Below are positions 19,812 to 29,890 of a DNA stretch of 64,000 nt, piece by piece. Both the position numbers and the translations under genes were made by a program. Origin of the DNA: Polyangiaceae bacterium. GTDB lineage: Bacteria > Myxococcota_A > Polyangia > Polyangiales > Polyangiaceae. The stretch is from positions 96,001-160,000 of the forward strand of contig CBDCTZ010000009.1 of the NCBI GenBank assembly GCA_965222375.1, read 5' to 3'. Each line of letters starts with the position of its first letter. The first letter of the stretch is position 1. The notes beneath the pieces were generated by a model. It saw only the letters and a list, made by a program, of their open reading frames with translations. It searched no databases and was not told the DNA's origin.

Positions 19812-20783
19812 TCAAAAAGGAGTCTCGCGAACGATGCTGCCGGACTTCGGCTTGGGTGCTGGCCGTGGAGTGGGCTTCCGGACGGGCTTGGGCGCAGGCG
19901 GCTTTGCCACCGGCTTGGGTGCTGCTGCCACCGGCTTGGGTTTGGCCACCGGAGCGGGTTCCGGTGGCTCCTCGGCGGTGGCTTCGGGTTCGGAGGTGGT
20001 TTCGGGTTCCGGTTTGGGCGCTTCCGTGGCTTCGGGCTTCGGGGCGGGAGCAGGATCGGCCGGTGGAGTTGCGGTCACGGACTCGGTGCGGGATGCCGGC
20101 TCTTTCGGCGTGTCGTCCCCGCCCGACAAGGCCTTGATCCCACCGACGACAATCAGGAGGAGCAGCACACCTGCGATGGCGAAGTAGATCACCGGGTTGG
20201 TTTTCCGGACCGGTGGCTCGTAGGGCTCGTCCATCGCGGCTGGTGACGTCGATGGCGCCACTGCTGCTGCGGCTGCCACGGGCGCTTTCAGTTCCGGCTC
20301 GGGCGCGGGCGCGGGGGCTGGGGTGGGTGCTTCAGCTGCGGGCTGCGGTGGCGCGGGCTCGCCTGCTTCAGCCGCTGCCTCTGGCGCCGCAGCGACGGGC
20401 GCCGCCGGAAGGGGCTCTGCTGCCGCGGCCTTCTTGGCCGCAGCGTCGTCGTCGGCGGGCGCCGCGGGCGCGTCCTCTTCATCCGGTGGCGGGGGGGGGG
20501 CGAGGCCCACCATCGTCTTCTTGGCATCCGGCTTGATGCTTTTGGCGGAGACGACGGGCTGAGCCTTGATCTTCTTGCGTTTGGGTTCGTCCGCTTCGCC
20601 CTCACCCGGGGGCGGCGCACTGCTGGGAAATGCGGTTGCTGGATCTGCAGGTGGCACAGAGCCTTTCCCCTTTGCTTCGGGCTGAAGGGCGGTGTCTTCG
20701 TCGTCGCCTGCCTCCCAAAAAGGGGTCATCCCCTCGGCCAAACGATCGGCTTCTTCTTCGCTGAGCTTTGGATCGTCCGTCAT
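19812..20783 (-). CDS. Pro/Ala-rich single-pass membrane protein
   Basis: One TM (VIYFAIAGVLLLLIVVGG), low-complexity flanks, C-terminal IVRETPF; abuts the PEGA gene. Confidence 0.7.
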   Translation of the reverse strand: MTDDPKLSEEEADRLAEGMTPFWEAGDDEDTALQPEAKGKGSVPPADPATAFPSSAPPPGEGEADEPKRKKIKAQPVVSAKSIKPDAKKTMVGLAPPPPPDEEDAPAAPADDDAAAKKAAAAEPLPAAPVAAAPEAAAEAGEPAPPQPAAEAPTPAPAPAPEPELKAPVAAAAAVAPSTSPAAMDEPYEPPVRKTNPVIYFAIAGVLLLLIVVGGIKALSGGDDTPKEPASRTESVTATPPADPAPAPKPEATEAPKPEPETTSEPEATAEEPPEPAPVAKPKPVAAAPKPVAKPPAPKPVRKPTPRPAPKPKSGSIVRETPF

Positions 20784-20952
20784 GCAGTTTTCCCGAACGA
20801 AAGGCTAGCACCGGGCCCAGCGCCTAGGCAACGTCGCGGGCCTGGGAGATTTCCAGATTTCTGCCGAAGAATCGGGGATTTGGCGGTCTCCGGAGCTTCG
20901 GCCTGCCCGAAATTCGCGAGCAATCCGACGAGCTGCTAGCACCCAGTACGTA

Positions 20953-22629
20953 GTGCCTGACGGCTCGAGAATTGCGGCGCGCTGGCGAGCTTGGCTGCGG
21001 CTGGCGCTTTGGGTCCCGGTCTTGTCCCTGACCGCGTGCCGAAGCACGCCGGCAAAGCCCGCCGCCGCCGCCAGCGCGGACGCCGCAAGCGACACCGCAG
21101 TCCTTCCGAGTCGCGCAGAGGTTGTGGCCGAAGCGGACCGCTTGGCCGTCGCCGGCGAACGAGCGAAGGGTGCTGAGCGCGCTCGCTTGTCTCTGGACGC
21201 CGCGCGCCTTCGCACTCGGATATGGCGACTGGAGCGTCGCGAAACAGACGCCCTAGAGGCACTGGAGCTGTACGGCACTGCCGCCAAGCACGCCGACCGT
21301 GCCTGCGACGCCGCCTTGGAAGCCGCGCTTCTCCAGGGTGAGATGCGGCGGGATCCGAATGAGACCTATCGCGCGGTGTACACGCTGAGCGTCGGCAAGA
21401 AGAGTAAGGCGTGCAAGGAGCGCTGTAAGACGGTTCTCGAGACCCTTGCAGCCTTTCGACCCTTACCGACGGTCTTGTCCGACCTGAAACGGAAGGCCAG
21501 CGGTTTGGATGCGGCTGGTGCCGATGCTCAAGCCGTCGCCACCACAACCCACGATCGCTCGGGCCCCGTGGTTACGCCGATCTTGCCGAAGTCCGCTCCG
21601 AGCGGGCCTGTGCGCATCACGGGGATCGAGCGTTACGGCTCCGAAGACGCCGCCCGCATCGTGGTGTCAATCACGCGGCCTGCGCTCTTTCAAGTCGGGT
21701 TCATCGGGCGCGATGGCGCGAAGGACCCGCGGCTGTACGTGGACGTGAAGGCGGCGCGCTACAAAGGCAAGCTAGCCTTCGACGTTGGCGGGTTGGTCCG
21801 GCGAGTGCGGGTTGGCAAACACAAGACCGGCGCCCGCATCGTTTTGGATCTACGCCAAGCGGTCTACCGCAAAGTCTTCTACTTGCCCGAGCCATTCCGA
21901 CTCGTCATCGACGTTTCGAAGGAGCCTCCGCAGGCCGCGGAACAACCCGGCAGTAGCCGAACCGTACGCAGGGTGGTGCTCGACCCGGGCCATGGCGGAC
22001 ACGATCCCGGGGCGGTGGGCCCCGGTGGCTTGCGAGAAAAGGACGTAACTCTAGATGTCGCGCACCGCGCGGCTCCCCTGATCGCTCGGGAGCTCGGGAT
22101 CTCCACCATGTTGACCCGTGATGCCGACGATTTTGTGCCCTTGGATGAGCGCGCGGCCCGCGCCAACGCCTTCCAAGCCGATTTATTCCTGTCCGTTCAT
22201 TGCAACGCCAGCGAAGACGGCGAGGGACGTGGGGTGATGACTTTCGTACTGGATCAGTCTCGGGACAATCACGCCTTGCGCATTGCCGCACGAGAGAATG
22301 CGGCATCGCCCGCAGCCGCGGCGGAACTCGCGAACGCGCTGTCCCAGGTAGTGGACCAGGGTGTGCGGACCCGCTCCCTCCACTTCGCGGAGCTGTTGCA
22401 GCGCTCCACCATGGCCTCCCTGGCGCAGGGCTATGGGGACGTCTCGGACCAGGGCGTCAAGCGGGCGGGCTTCTACGTCTTGGCGGGCGCGCGCATGCCC
22501 GCTGCCCTGTACGAGACGTCGTTCATTTCGCATCCCACTGAGGAGATGCGTCTCAACACAGGCGACTACCGCCAGAAGCTAGCGGACGCGATCGTCAACG
22601 CCGTCCGCGCGTACCGCGACGGCAAGTGA
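20953..22629 (+). CDS. N-acetylmuramoyl-L-alanine amidase (Amidase_3 with AMIN-like domain), probable lipoprotein
   Basis: VVLDPGHGGHDPGA, EKDVTL, FLSVHCNA, YETSFIS motifs; LTAC lipobox. Exact start uncertain. Confidence 0.9.
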   Translation: MPDGSRIAARWRAWLRLALWVPVLSLTACRSTPAKPAAAASADAASDTAVLPSRAEVVAEADRLAVAGERAKGAERARLSLDAARLRTRIWRLERRETDALEALELYGTAAKHADRACDAALEAALLQGEMRRDPNETYRAVYTLSVGKKSKACKERCKTVLETLAAFRPLPTVLSDLKRKASGLDAAGADAQAVATTTHDRSGPVVTPILPKSAPSGPVRITGIERYGSEDAARIVVSITRPALFQVGFIGRDGAKDPRLYVDVKAARYKGKLAFDVGGLVRRVRVGKHKTGARIVLDLRQAVYRKVFYLPEPFRLVIDVSKEPPQAAEQPGSSRTVRRVVLDPGHGGHDPGAVGPGGLREKDVTLDVAHRAAPLIARELGISTMLTRDADDFVPLDERAARANAFQADLFLSVHCNASEDGEGRGVMTFVLDQSRDNHALRIAARENAASPAAAAELANALSQVVDQGVRTRSLHFAELLQRSTMASLAQGYGDVSDQGVKRAGFYVLAGARMPAALYETSFISHPTEEMRLNTGDYRQKLADAIVNAVRAYRDGK

Positions 22630-22641
22630 TCCGGCTGCCCT

Positions 22642-23505
22642 TCAGGCGCGCTTGGGCAAAAACCGCGTTCCGCTCAGAACGAAGCGGGTTGGGGCCGCGG
22701 GATCTTCCGGCGCCGGGGCGTCTTCCGGGTAGAGGGGGTCGCCGGGCAAGGCGAGCACCATTTGTTCCCCATCCATGCAGAAATGAGGGCAGATCGGGTC
22801 GAGGGAGCCGGCTGCAGCCTGCTCGACGGCTTCGCTCACGCTATTGACTCGTGCCAGCTGCGCCAGGGTCTGTGACGTGGGCGGAGCGAGAAAGATTTCG
22901 CCCTCAGACCATCGTTCGAGCACATCTGCGGGCGTGGCCCAGAAGCTGGACGTAGTCTCATGGTCATCGTGGAGCCCCAGTTGGGATTCGCCAAAGGGTA
23001 GGACGTAGAAGCGTGTGTCGTAGCGGCGCTGCTCGGCTTTGGGTGTGATCCAACGACTCAGCGCGATCAGTCGCGCGGTGTCTAGATCCAGCTTGCGCTC
23101 CTCGAGCAGGGCGTGGAAGGCTCGAGCTTCGCCGCTCGGACTGAGCGTGGCGAGGCGCGCCCGTAGTTCTTTGGTCTCCTCGTCTCGTAGGTCCCTTCCG
23201 GCAACCGCGAGCAGTGTGGCCTCCTCGAAGAGCTCTCGCAGCGCGGCCACGGCGAAGGGCAAGGGTTGTTCAGCCACCGCAGCCGCTCGGGTGGAAAGCC
23301 CGTTGGTGACGTTGCTCCAATCCAGCTCGCGATCCTCTCCAGCGACTTTGCCGCCCGGAAACACCACGGCTCCGCCCAGGAACCCGGACTTGCTGTGGCG
23401 CTTGACGCAAAACACCTCGACGCCCTGCTCGCCTTTCCTGAGCACCACGACGGTGGCAGCATCTTTGGGGGTGACTGGGGCCCGTGCCGAATCCAAGTCC
23501 AACAT
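22642..23505 (-). CDS. NUDIX hydrolase (Nudt19-like)
   Basis: DAATVVVLR, VFPGGKV, AALRELFEE, WITP..RRYDTRFY. Confidence 0.85.
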   Translation of the reverse strand: MLDLDSARAPVTPKDAATVVVLRKGEQGVEVFCVKRHSKSGFLGGAVVFPGGKVAGEDRELDWSNVTNGLSTRAAAVAEQPLPFAVAALRELFEEATLLAVAGRDLRDEETKELRARLATLSPSGEARAFHALLEERKLDLDTARLIALSRWITPKAEQRRYDTRFYVLPFGESQLGLHDDHETTSSFWATPADVLERWSEGEIFLAPPTSQTLAQLARVNSVSEAVEQAAAGSLDPICPHFCMDGEQMVLALPGDPLYPEDAPAPEDPAAPTRFVLSGTRFLPKRA

Positions 23506-23614
23506 GGGGCGGAGCATAGCCGACGCGCTGGAGCGGGCCACCCGGGGCCGGCCTTGGCAAAATCCTCTGCAATTCTACCGGATTGCAGCCGCGGGCCGCC
23601 GCGTCGATCAGGCG

Positions 23615-23643
23615 TTGACGACGGCAGGATTCGACCCTAGCTT
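23615..23643 (+). promoter_or_regulatory. Candidate sigma70 promoter for dksA
   Basis: TTGACG-17 nt-TAGCTT, ending about 40 nt before ATG 23684. Confidence 0.5.
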
Positions 23644-23683
23644 ACCCCGCTCCGCGCGGCAGGCGCGGGGAGTCAGTCGAGCA

Positions 23684-24046
23684 ATGACGAAGACACAGTT
23701 GAAGAAGTTCAAGGAGCTCCTCGAATCCAAGCGTCGGGAGATTGTGCGTCGTGCGCAACAGACCCTCGATGAGGACATGACCCTGGATGCGAACGATCTC
23801 CCCGACGAGATGGACCTAGCTTCTAGCGAGTACTTGCAATCGTTTACTTTTCGGCTGCGAGGTCGCGAAAAGGTTTTCTTGGACAAGATCCAGAAAGCCC
23901 TGGAGAAGATCGAGGATGGAAGTTTTGGCGTCTGCGATGACTGCGAAGACAAGATCTCGATCAAGCGTCTAGAAGCCCGTCCTGAGACGACTCTTTGTAT
24001 TCGCTGCAAAGAGGATCAGGAACGCGTCGAAAAAGACTTCAGCTAG
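23684..24046 (+). CDS. dksA: RNA polymerase-binding protein DksA (TraR/DksA C4 zinc finger)
   Basis: DEMDLAS coiled-coil tip; C-x2-C...C-x2-C (CDDC, CIRC); RLEARP. The ORF-track start at 23039 is spurious. Confidence 0.9.
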   Translation: MTKTQLKKFKELLESKRREIVRRAQQTLDEDMTLDANDLPDEMDLASSEYLQSFTFRLRGREKVFLDKIQKALEKIEDGSFGVCDDCEDKISIKRLEARPETTLCIRCKEDQERVEKDFS

Positions 24047-26928
24047 CGAGCGCTGCCGCGCTTGCGACCGCGCTTCGCGGGCGTGACGAGCGCTTCCGCC
24101 GCGTCCAAGACTCGTTTCAGGTGCTCGCCGGTGTGGCTTTGCTCTGCCGTCGCCACTCGCTCTGGCGTTCCCGTCGCCACGATCTCGCCACCACCCTGAC
24201 CGCCTTCGGGACCGAGATCGACCATCCAATCCGCGCAGGCCACCAGGTCGAGGTTGTGTTCGATGAGCACGATGGTGTTTCCAGCATCCCGCAAACCGTA
24301 TAGCGCCAGGGTCAGTAACTCGATGTCCTGAAAGTGCAGACCCGTCGTGGGCTCATCCAGTACGTAGAGCGTGCTTCCAGTCGCTTTTCGCGCCAATTCG
24401 GTGGCGAGCTTGACCCGCTGGGCTTCGCCGCCGCTCAAGGTGGTTGCCGGCTGCCCCAGTTGGACATAGCCCAGGCCGACCTGGCGCAGGGCGTCCAGTC
24501 GCTGGGCGATTTTGGGGATGGCGTCGAAGATCTCGGCGGCTTCGTCCACGGTGAGGGTCAGCGCGTCAGCCACGGACATGCCCCGGTATCGGATCTCCAG
24601 GGTCTCACGGTTGTAGCGGCGGCCGGAACACGCGTCGCAGCCGACATAGACGTCAGGCAAGAAGTGCATCTCGACGCGAAGTACTCCATCGCCCTGACAC
24701 GCTTCGCAGCGGCCGCCTTTGACGTTGAAAGAGAAACGCCCCGCGCGATATCCCCGGGCTCGAGCTTCCGGCAGGGTCGCGTACAGCTCCCGCAGATAGG
24801 TGAATATGCCGGTATAGGTCGCGGGGTTCGAGCGGGGCGTACGCCCGATGGGTGCCTGGTCGATACTGATGACCTTATCGATGTGCTCCAAGCCGTCGAT
24901 CCGTTCACAGGGCCCAACCCAGCCCGTCGAGCCGTACAGGGCCGCGCGGGCCGCGCTCAGCAACGTGTCTACTACCAAGCTGCTCTTGCCGGAGCCGCTC
25001 ACGCCCGTCACGGCGGTGATCAGACCCAACGGCAACTCCAGGGTCACGTTCTTCAGGTTGTGGGCGCTGGCTCCCACGACGCGCAGCTTCTTCTTGCTGG
25101 GTTTAGTGCGCTTGCTCGGCACTGGCAGGCGCCGCTGCCCAGAGAGATAGGGCCCGGTCACGCTCTGCTTGTCCTTGATCAGGGCGTCGGGTTTGCCCTG
25201 AGCGACTATTTCGCCACCATGCCGACCCGCGGCGGGTCCCATGTCCACGACCCAATCTGCGGCCATGATCGCGTCTCGATCGTGCTCGACGACGATCACG
25301 CTGTTGCCCTTGTCGACCAGGCTGCGAACCGCGCCCAACAGGCGCGCATTGTCTCGGGCATGCAGCCCGACGCTCGGCTCATCCAGTACGTAGAGCACCC
25401 CGACGAGGGACGCGCCGATCTGCGTAGCTAGACGAATGCGTTGCCCCTCGCCCCCCGAGAGGGTTTGGGCAGGGCGATCGATGGACAGGTAATCCAAACC
25501 GACGTCCACCAGGAATCGCAGGCGGTCCGTGACAGCACGGATGAGAGGTTCTGCGATCGCCTTGTGCTTTGCTGACAGTACGTCTTTGCCCTCAAGGCCC
25601 AGCAGCGTCGCGCGCAATTCCGATAGCGGCAGAGCGCCGAGGGAGGCGATGTGGTGCTGTCCCACGCGGACGAATAGGACCTCCGGTCGGACCCGAGTAC
25701 CGTTGCAGCTGTCGCAAGTTTGCGACGCCACGAAGCGGCCTAGATCTTCCGGGCCAATACCACCATCCTCCGGCTCTTCGTCGCTCGTCTCGAGGGGTTG
25801 ACCCGTTTCGAGCATCGCGGCGAGGCGCGGCACGATGCCAACGTAGGGCTCGGACTTCTTGCGCCGCTTCGTCGGCGTCTCCCCAAACAAGATGGTCTGG
25901 CGGGTCGTGTTGGGAAGTTCCGCGAAGGGTACGTCTGGGTCGGCGCCCAAGGCCTTGACGACTCGGGCAACCTCCGTGGCAGTCGCCACTGAGCCGCGTC
26001 GCCCAAATGCGGCCACCGCGCCTTCACGCAGTGTGCGAGAGTCGTCCGGGACTGCACGCTTGGGATCAATGGTATCCCGTCGCCCCAACCCGTCGCAGGC
26101 CGGACAGGCCCCGTGTGGGCTGTTGAAGGAGAAAAGCCGGGGCTCCAGCGGGGGCAATTGGACGCCGTGCTCCCAGCAGACCAAGCGCTCACTCATCACT
26201 TCGGGGGGGCTCCCGTCCGCGGCGTCTATCAAGATGGTGCCGTCGCCCAAGGCCAGAGCAAGCTCGATGGAATCCGTGAGCCGGCCCTTGACGCCTTCCT
26301 TGACCACGATGCGATCCACAACGACCTCGAGGTCGTGTCGCTTCGTGGTGTCAGCATGCACGTCGTCTCCGAGATCGATGGCCAAGCCGTCGAGCCGCGC
26401 TCGAACGTAGCCCTCGCGGCGCAGGCGGTCGATCTCGTCGCCCACATCCCCTTTGTGTCGCCGCAGGACCGGTGAGAGCAGGATGGCTCGTGCGCCTTCC
26501 CCACGCTCCATGACGCTGTCGACCATTTCTTGAACGGTGAAGGCGCGCAGGGCTTCGCCATCCACGGGGCAATGCGGCGTGCCTATGCGGGCAAAGAGCA
26601 GCCGCAAGTAGTCAGCAATTTCCGTCACGGTCCCCACCGTGGAGCGCGGGCTCTTTCCCAGAGCCTTCTGCTCGATGGCAATCGCGGGGCTCAAGCCTTC
26701 GATGCTCTCCACGCGAGGCTTCGGTAGTTGGTCGAGGAACTGCCGAGCGTAGGCGGAAAGGCTCTCCACGTAGCGACGCTGGCCCTCTGCGTAGATGGTA
26801 TCGAAGGCGAGGGACGATTTTCCGGATCCGCTCGGCCCGGTGATCACAACCAGGTGCTGCCGCGGCAAATCGCAGCTCACGTTTTTCAGGTTGTGCTGCG
26901 TCGCACCGCGCACGGAAAGCTGGTCCAT
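24043..26928 (-). CDS. uvrA: Excinuclease ABC subunit A
   Basis: HNLKNV, GPSGSGKSSLAFDTIYAEGQRRYVESLS, two LSGGE signatures, zinc fingers. Confidence 0.98.
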   Translation of the reverse strand: MDQLSVRGATQHNLKNVSCDLPRQHLVVITGPSGSGKSSLAFDTIYAEGQRRYVESLSAYARQFLDQLPKPRVESIEGLSPAIAIEQKALGKSPRSTVGTVTEIADYLRLLFARIGTPHCPVDGEALRAFTVQEMVDSVMERGEGARAILLSPVLRRHKGDVGDEIDRLRREGYVRARLDGLAIDLGDDVHADTTKRHDLEVVVDRIVVKEGVKGRLTDSIELALALGDGTILIDAADGSPPEVMSERLVCWEHGVQLPPLEPRLFSFNSPHGACPACDGLGRRDTIDPKRAVPDDSRTLREGAVAAFGRRGSVATATEVARVVKALGADPDVPFAELPNTTRQTILFGETPTKRRKKSEPYVGIVPRLAAMLETGQPLETSDEEPEDGGIGPEDLGRFVASQTCDSCNGTRVRPEVLFVRVGQHHIASLGALPLSELRATLLGLEGKDVLSAKHKAIAEPLIRAVTDRLRFLVDVGLDYLSIDRPAQTLSGGEGQRIRLATQIGASLVGVLYVLDEPSVGLHARDNARLLGAVRSLVDKGNSVIVVEHDRDAIMAADWVVDMGPAAGRHGGEIVAQGKPDALIKDKQSVTGPYLSGQRRLPVPSKRTKPSKKKLRVVGASAHNLKNVTLELPLGLITAVTGVSGSGKSSLVVDTLLSAARAALYGSTGWVGPCERIDGLEHIDKVISIDQAPIGRTPRSNPATYTGIFTYLRELYATLPEARARGYRAGRFSFNVKGGRCEACQGDGVLRVEMHFLPDVYVGCDACSGRRYNRETLEIRYRGMSVADALTLTVDEAAEIFDAIPKIAQRLDALRQVGLGYVQLGQPATTLSGGEAQRVKLATELARKATGSTLYVLDEPTTGLHFQDIELLTLALYGLRDAGNTIVLIEHNLDLVACADWMVDLGPEGGQGGGEIVATGTPERVATAEQSHTGEHLKRVLDAAEALVTPAKRGRKRGSAR

Positions 26929-27016
26929 GACCGCCGCAGAAACTATCGGCGGGCGAGGTCCACGTCGAGCCCCAAAATTTGCCCAAACCCATGAGCATGA
27001 GGCTACTCAGCAGGGC

Positions 27017-27931
27017 GTGATTCCTCCTGATTGGCTCGTTCTGCTTCCCTTGCTGGTAGCGCTGTCCCCGGGCCCCGTCCCGGCCTCGGCCCAGCTGGCG
27101 GCTGCCAGTCTGGTCAGTACGGAAATCGTGGCGTCGCTTCCAGACCCATGCCCCGAGGAGATGGTGCTGGTGGACGGGAACTTCTGCCCGGCCCTGGAAT
27201 ACCAGTGCGATCGCTTTGTGGACCCAGCGGCCCCCAGTTGCGCGGAGTATGCCCGTAAGCCGGAGTGCCGGTACAACGAGGTGAGCAAGCGGGTCTGCAT
27301 CGATCGCCATGAGTGGCCGAACAAGGTTGGAGAGAAGCCCGCCGTCTTCGTGAACTGGTACGAAGCCAAACGCACTTGCGAAAGCGCAGGTAAGCGGCTG
27401 TGTACCCGCGCCGAGTGGACCCTGGCTTGTGAGGGGCCCAAGCGAGCTCCTTATCCCTATGGCTGGGAGCGTCTCCCAAGTCCCTGCAATGTGGGTCGCC
27501 CCGTCGAAGAAGCGAACTTGAAGAAGCTGATCGATCCACGCAGTCGCGAGTCGGAAATCGCGCGCTTGTGGCAGGCGGACCTGATTGGTTCTCACCCAAA
27601 CTGCAAGAGTGCATTTGGCGCATTCGACATGGTGGGAAACGTAGACGAGTGGACGGACAACTCCGAGGAAGGGGATGTGGTCTCGACCCTCAATGGCGGA
27701 TATTGGGGACCCGTTCGCAACACCTGTCGGCTCACGACGAAGACCCACGGCCCCGAGTTTCAGTTCTACCAGATTGGATTTCGTTGCTGCGCCGAGCCTC
27801 GAGATGGCATCGCACTCCCATTGCCCCCTGCGCGCGCCCCGCGCCACGAATTGGAAACGCGGGCGGGACCAGATGGCTGGCCCGTTGCGGTAAGCGAGGA
27901 TCGCGCGCCTGCATCTACACCCCGGGGCTAG
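27017..27931 (+). CDS. SUMF1/FGE-sulfatase domain protein, secreted, Cys-rich
   Basis: CIDRHEWP, GKRLCTRAEWTLAC, DMVGNVDEW, IGFRCC. Start (GTG 27017) uncertain. Confidence 0.8.
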   Translation: MIPPDWLVLLPLLVALSPGPVPASAQLAAASLVSTEIVASLPDPCPEEMVLVDGNFCPALEYQCDRFVDPAAPSCAEYARKPECRYNEVSKRVCIDRHEWPNKVGEKPAVFVNWYEAKRTCESAGKRLCTRAEWTLACEGPKRAPYPYGWERLPSPCNVGRPVEEANLKKLIDPRSRESEIARLWQADLIGSHPNCKSAFGAFDMVGNVDEWTDNSEEGDVVSTLNGGYWGPVRNTCRLTTKTHGPEFQFYQIGFRCCAEPRDGIALPLPPARAPRHELETRAGPDGWPVAVSEDRAPASTPRG

Positions 27932-27934
27932 GGC

Positions 27935-28786
27935 GTGCGCTGGGCCGTGTGGGTGCTGGTGCTCGCGACGAGCTGCCGACAAGCTCCGTCGGAGCCCACG
28001 GCCGATGCGGCTCCAGTCGCCGCCTCGGCTCAGATGCCTGGGGGTGCACGCTCGGACGCGGCCAGCGATGCGGCAGCTGACGCGTTTCCCAGCGGACCGT
28101 GTCCCGAGGGAATGCTGCTCGTCGCGGGGAAGTTTTGCCCTTACGTTGGACACCGCTGCGTCGAATGGATCCAGAAGGGACGGGATCGCTGCCAGCGCTA
28201 CTCCCGACCACCCATTTGCGAGGGCAAGATCCAGGAGCGAAGGTTTTGTATGGATCGCTACGAGTACCCCAATCAGAAGGGCGTGCTACCGGCGGTGATG
28301 GTCAACTATGTCGAGGCGCTGACGACCTGTCGGGCCGAGGGTAAGCGCTTGTGCACAGAGGACGAGTGGACCTTCGCCTGTGAGGGTGAGGAGCGTGTGC
28401 CCTACCCCTACGGCTATGATCGGGATCCGACGGCCTGCAACATCGATCGACCCCATCTCTTGCCCGATTTCGAAGCATTTGGCCGACCGACTTTGGTGAG
28501 CGGCGAGGTCCAGCGACTGGACAAGCGGGTTCGCAGCGGTGAGATGGCGCGTTGCGTCAGCCCCTTCGGGGTGCACGACCTCACCGGGAACGTCGATGAG
28601 TGGACCGTGAATCCGCTGCCCAAGCGCGACGCGGGCCAGGACGTGTCCAGCCTCAAGGGCGGGTATTTCGGCCCGATTCGTGCGCGCTGTCGCCCAGTGA
28701 CCCGTTCCCACAATCGCTGGTTTCGTTTCTACCAGGTCGGATTTCGCTGTTGCGCGGATCCGGACGCCGCGCCACCATCGAACTAG
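27935..28786 (+). CDS. SUMF1/FGE-sulfatase domain lipoprotein (tandem paralogue)
   Basis: LATSC lipobox; CMDRYEYP, GKRLCTEDEW, DLTGNVDEW, VGFRCC. Confidence 0.85.
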   Translation: MRWAVWVLVLATSCRQAPSEPTADAAPVAASAQMPGGARSDAASDAAADAFPSGPCPEGMLLVAGKFCPYVGHRCVEWIQKGRDRCQRYSRPPICEGKIQERRFCMDRYEYPNQKGVLPAVMVNYVEALTTCRAEGKRLCTEDEWTFACEGEERVPYPYGYDRDPTACNIDRPHLLPDFEAFGRPTLVSGEVQRLDKRVRSGEMARCVSPFGVHDLTGNVDEWTVNPLPKRDAGQDVSSLKGGYFGPIRARCRPVTRSHNRWFRFYQVGFRCCADPDAAPPSN

Positions 28787-28975
28787 GGCGGGCGAATGGC
28801 GAAAGGGCGGAAAAGCCTTGCAGCCAGCGTTCGTTGGAGCGGCTGTTGCTCCTGTCCCGTGATTCGACTAGGTTTGCGGGCGTGGAGATTGCATGGTCCA
28901 GCGGAGGGGCATTGAGTCACCGCTGGCAGAGCCCTGCTTTCATTCGGCGACTCAGCTGTGGAGCGCCGCACCTTG

Positions 28976-29049
28976 GGGCCCATAGCTCAATCGGTCAGAG
29001 CCCCCGGCTCATAACCGGGCTGTTCCTGGTTCGAACCCAGGTGGGCCCA
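28976..29049 (+). tRNA. tRNA with CAT anticodon, probably tRNA-Ile2 (lysidine-modified); CCA not encoded
   Basis: Acceptor GGGCCCA/TGGGCCC, anticodon arm CCCGG-CTCATAA-CCGGG, T arm CCTGG-TTCGAAC-CCAGG; followed by CCT. Ile2 versus Met identity is inference. Confidence 0.9.
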
Positions 29050-29102
29050 CCTTTGTCTGGTCTTGATCGGGTGCGGTGGCACTCAAGGAGCTTAAGGACA
29101 TC

Positions 29103-29858
29103 GTGACACTTCAAGGGCAGATTGACACGCTTGAAAGCCTCGCAGCCCTGGACGCGGAACTCGCGTCTCTGGGTGGCCAGCTTGCCAGCGAGCGCGAATC
29201 CTTTGACGGAAAGAAATCTCAACTGGCTGAGTTCGAGGCGACACTCACCGCGACGGCCCAAAGCGTCCAGGAAATGGAGCGAGTGCGGGGGGACCTAATC
29301 CAAGAAGTCCGGCAAATGAGCCTGCAGATCGACCGGTCTCGGGAGAAGATGTCCCGAGTTCGAACCGAGCGCGAGGCCAACGCGGCGCAGCGCGAGCTCG
29401 AAGAGCTGCGCAAACTGTTTCGGGATCGGGAAATCGAGATCGAGAAGCTCGCTGGCCTGATTGAACAGGCCAAAGCAGACGGCGATTCCACCACAGAAAA
29501 GCGGGATGCCTTGCTCGCCGAGGTGGGCGCTAGCGAAAGCGATGTCACATCCCATCTCGGCCAGGTGCAGCAGGAAATGACCGCGAAGGAGGAGACGCGC
29601 AAGGGGTTGGTGGAAAACCTGCCTCCTGTGCTCTACCGGCGCTATGAAATGATCCGAAAGCGGCGTGGGGTTGCAATCTCCGCCACGACCGATGGGACCT
29701 GCAGTGCGTGCCACATGCTGCTGCCGCCCATGATGTACCAGACGCTCATGCGCGGGCAGGAGCTTGGCCAGTGCCCGAGCTGCAATCGAATACTGTACTA
29801 CCGACCCGAATCGCCGGCGGAGCCTGTGGAGGCTCAGGACACGACGAGCGGGCCGTGA
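29103..29858 (+). CDS. Coiled-coil protein with C4-type zinc ribbon (DUF164/CT398 family)
   Basis: Long coiled coil, then CSACHM...CPSCNRILY; GTG start after AAGGA. Confidence 0.85.
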   Translation: MTLQGQIDTLESLAALDAELASLGGQLASERESFDGKKSQLAEFEATLTATAQSVQEMERVRGDLIQEVRQMSLQIDRSREKMSRVRTEREANAAQRELEELRKLFRDREIEIEKLAGLIEQAKADGDSTTEKRDALLAEVGASESDVTSHLGQVQQEMTAKEETRKGLVENLPPVLYRRYEMIRKRRGVAISATTDGTCSACHMLLPPMMYQTLMRGQELGQCPSCNRILYYRPESPAEPVEAQDTTSGP

Positions 29859-29890
29859 CCCGGGCCTGCGGCTGAAGGCAAGAGGGGATC

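Noticed and set aside
23039..23683. N-terminal extension of DksA in the ORF track
   Set aside because: It is antisense to the NUDIX gene; the promoter and ATG at 23684 give a normal-length DksA.
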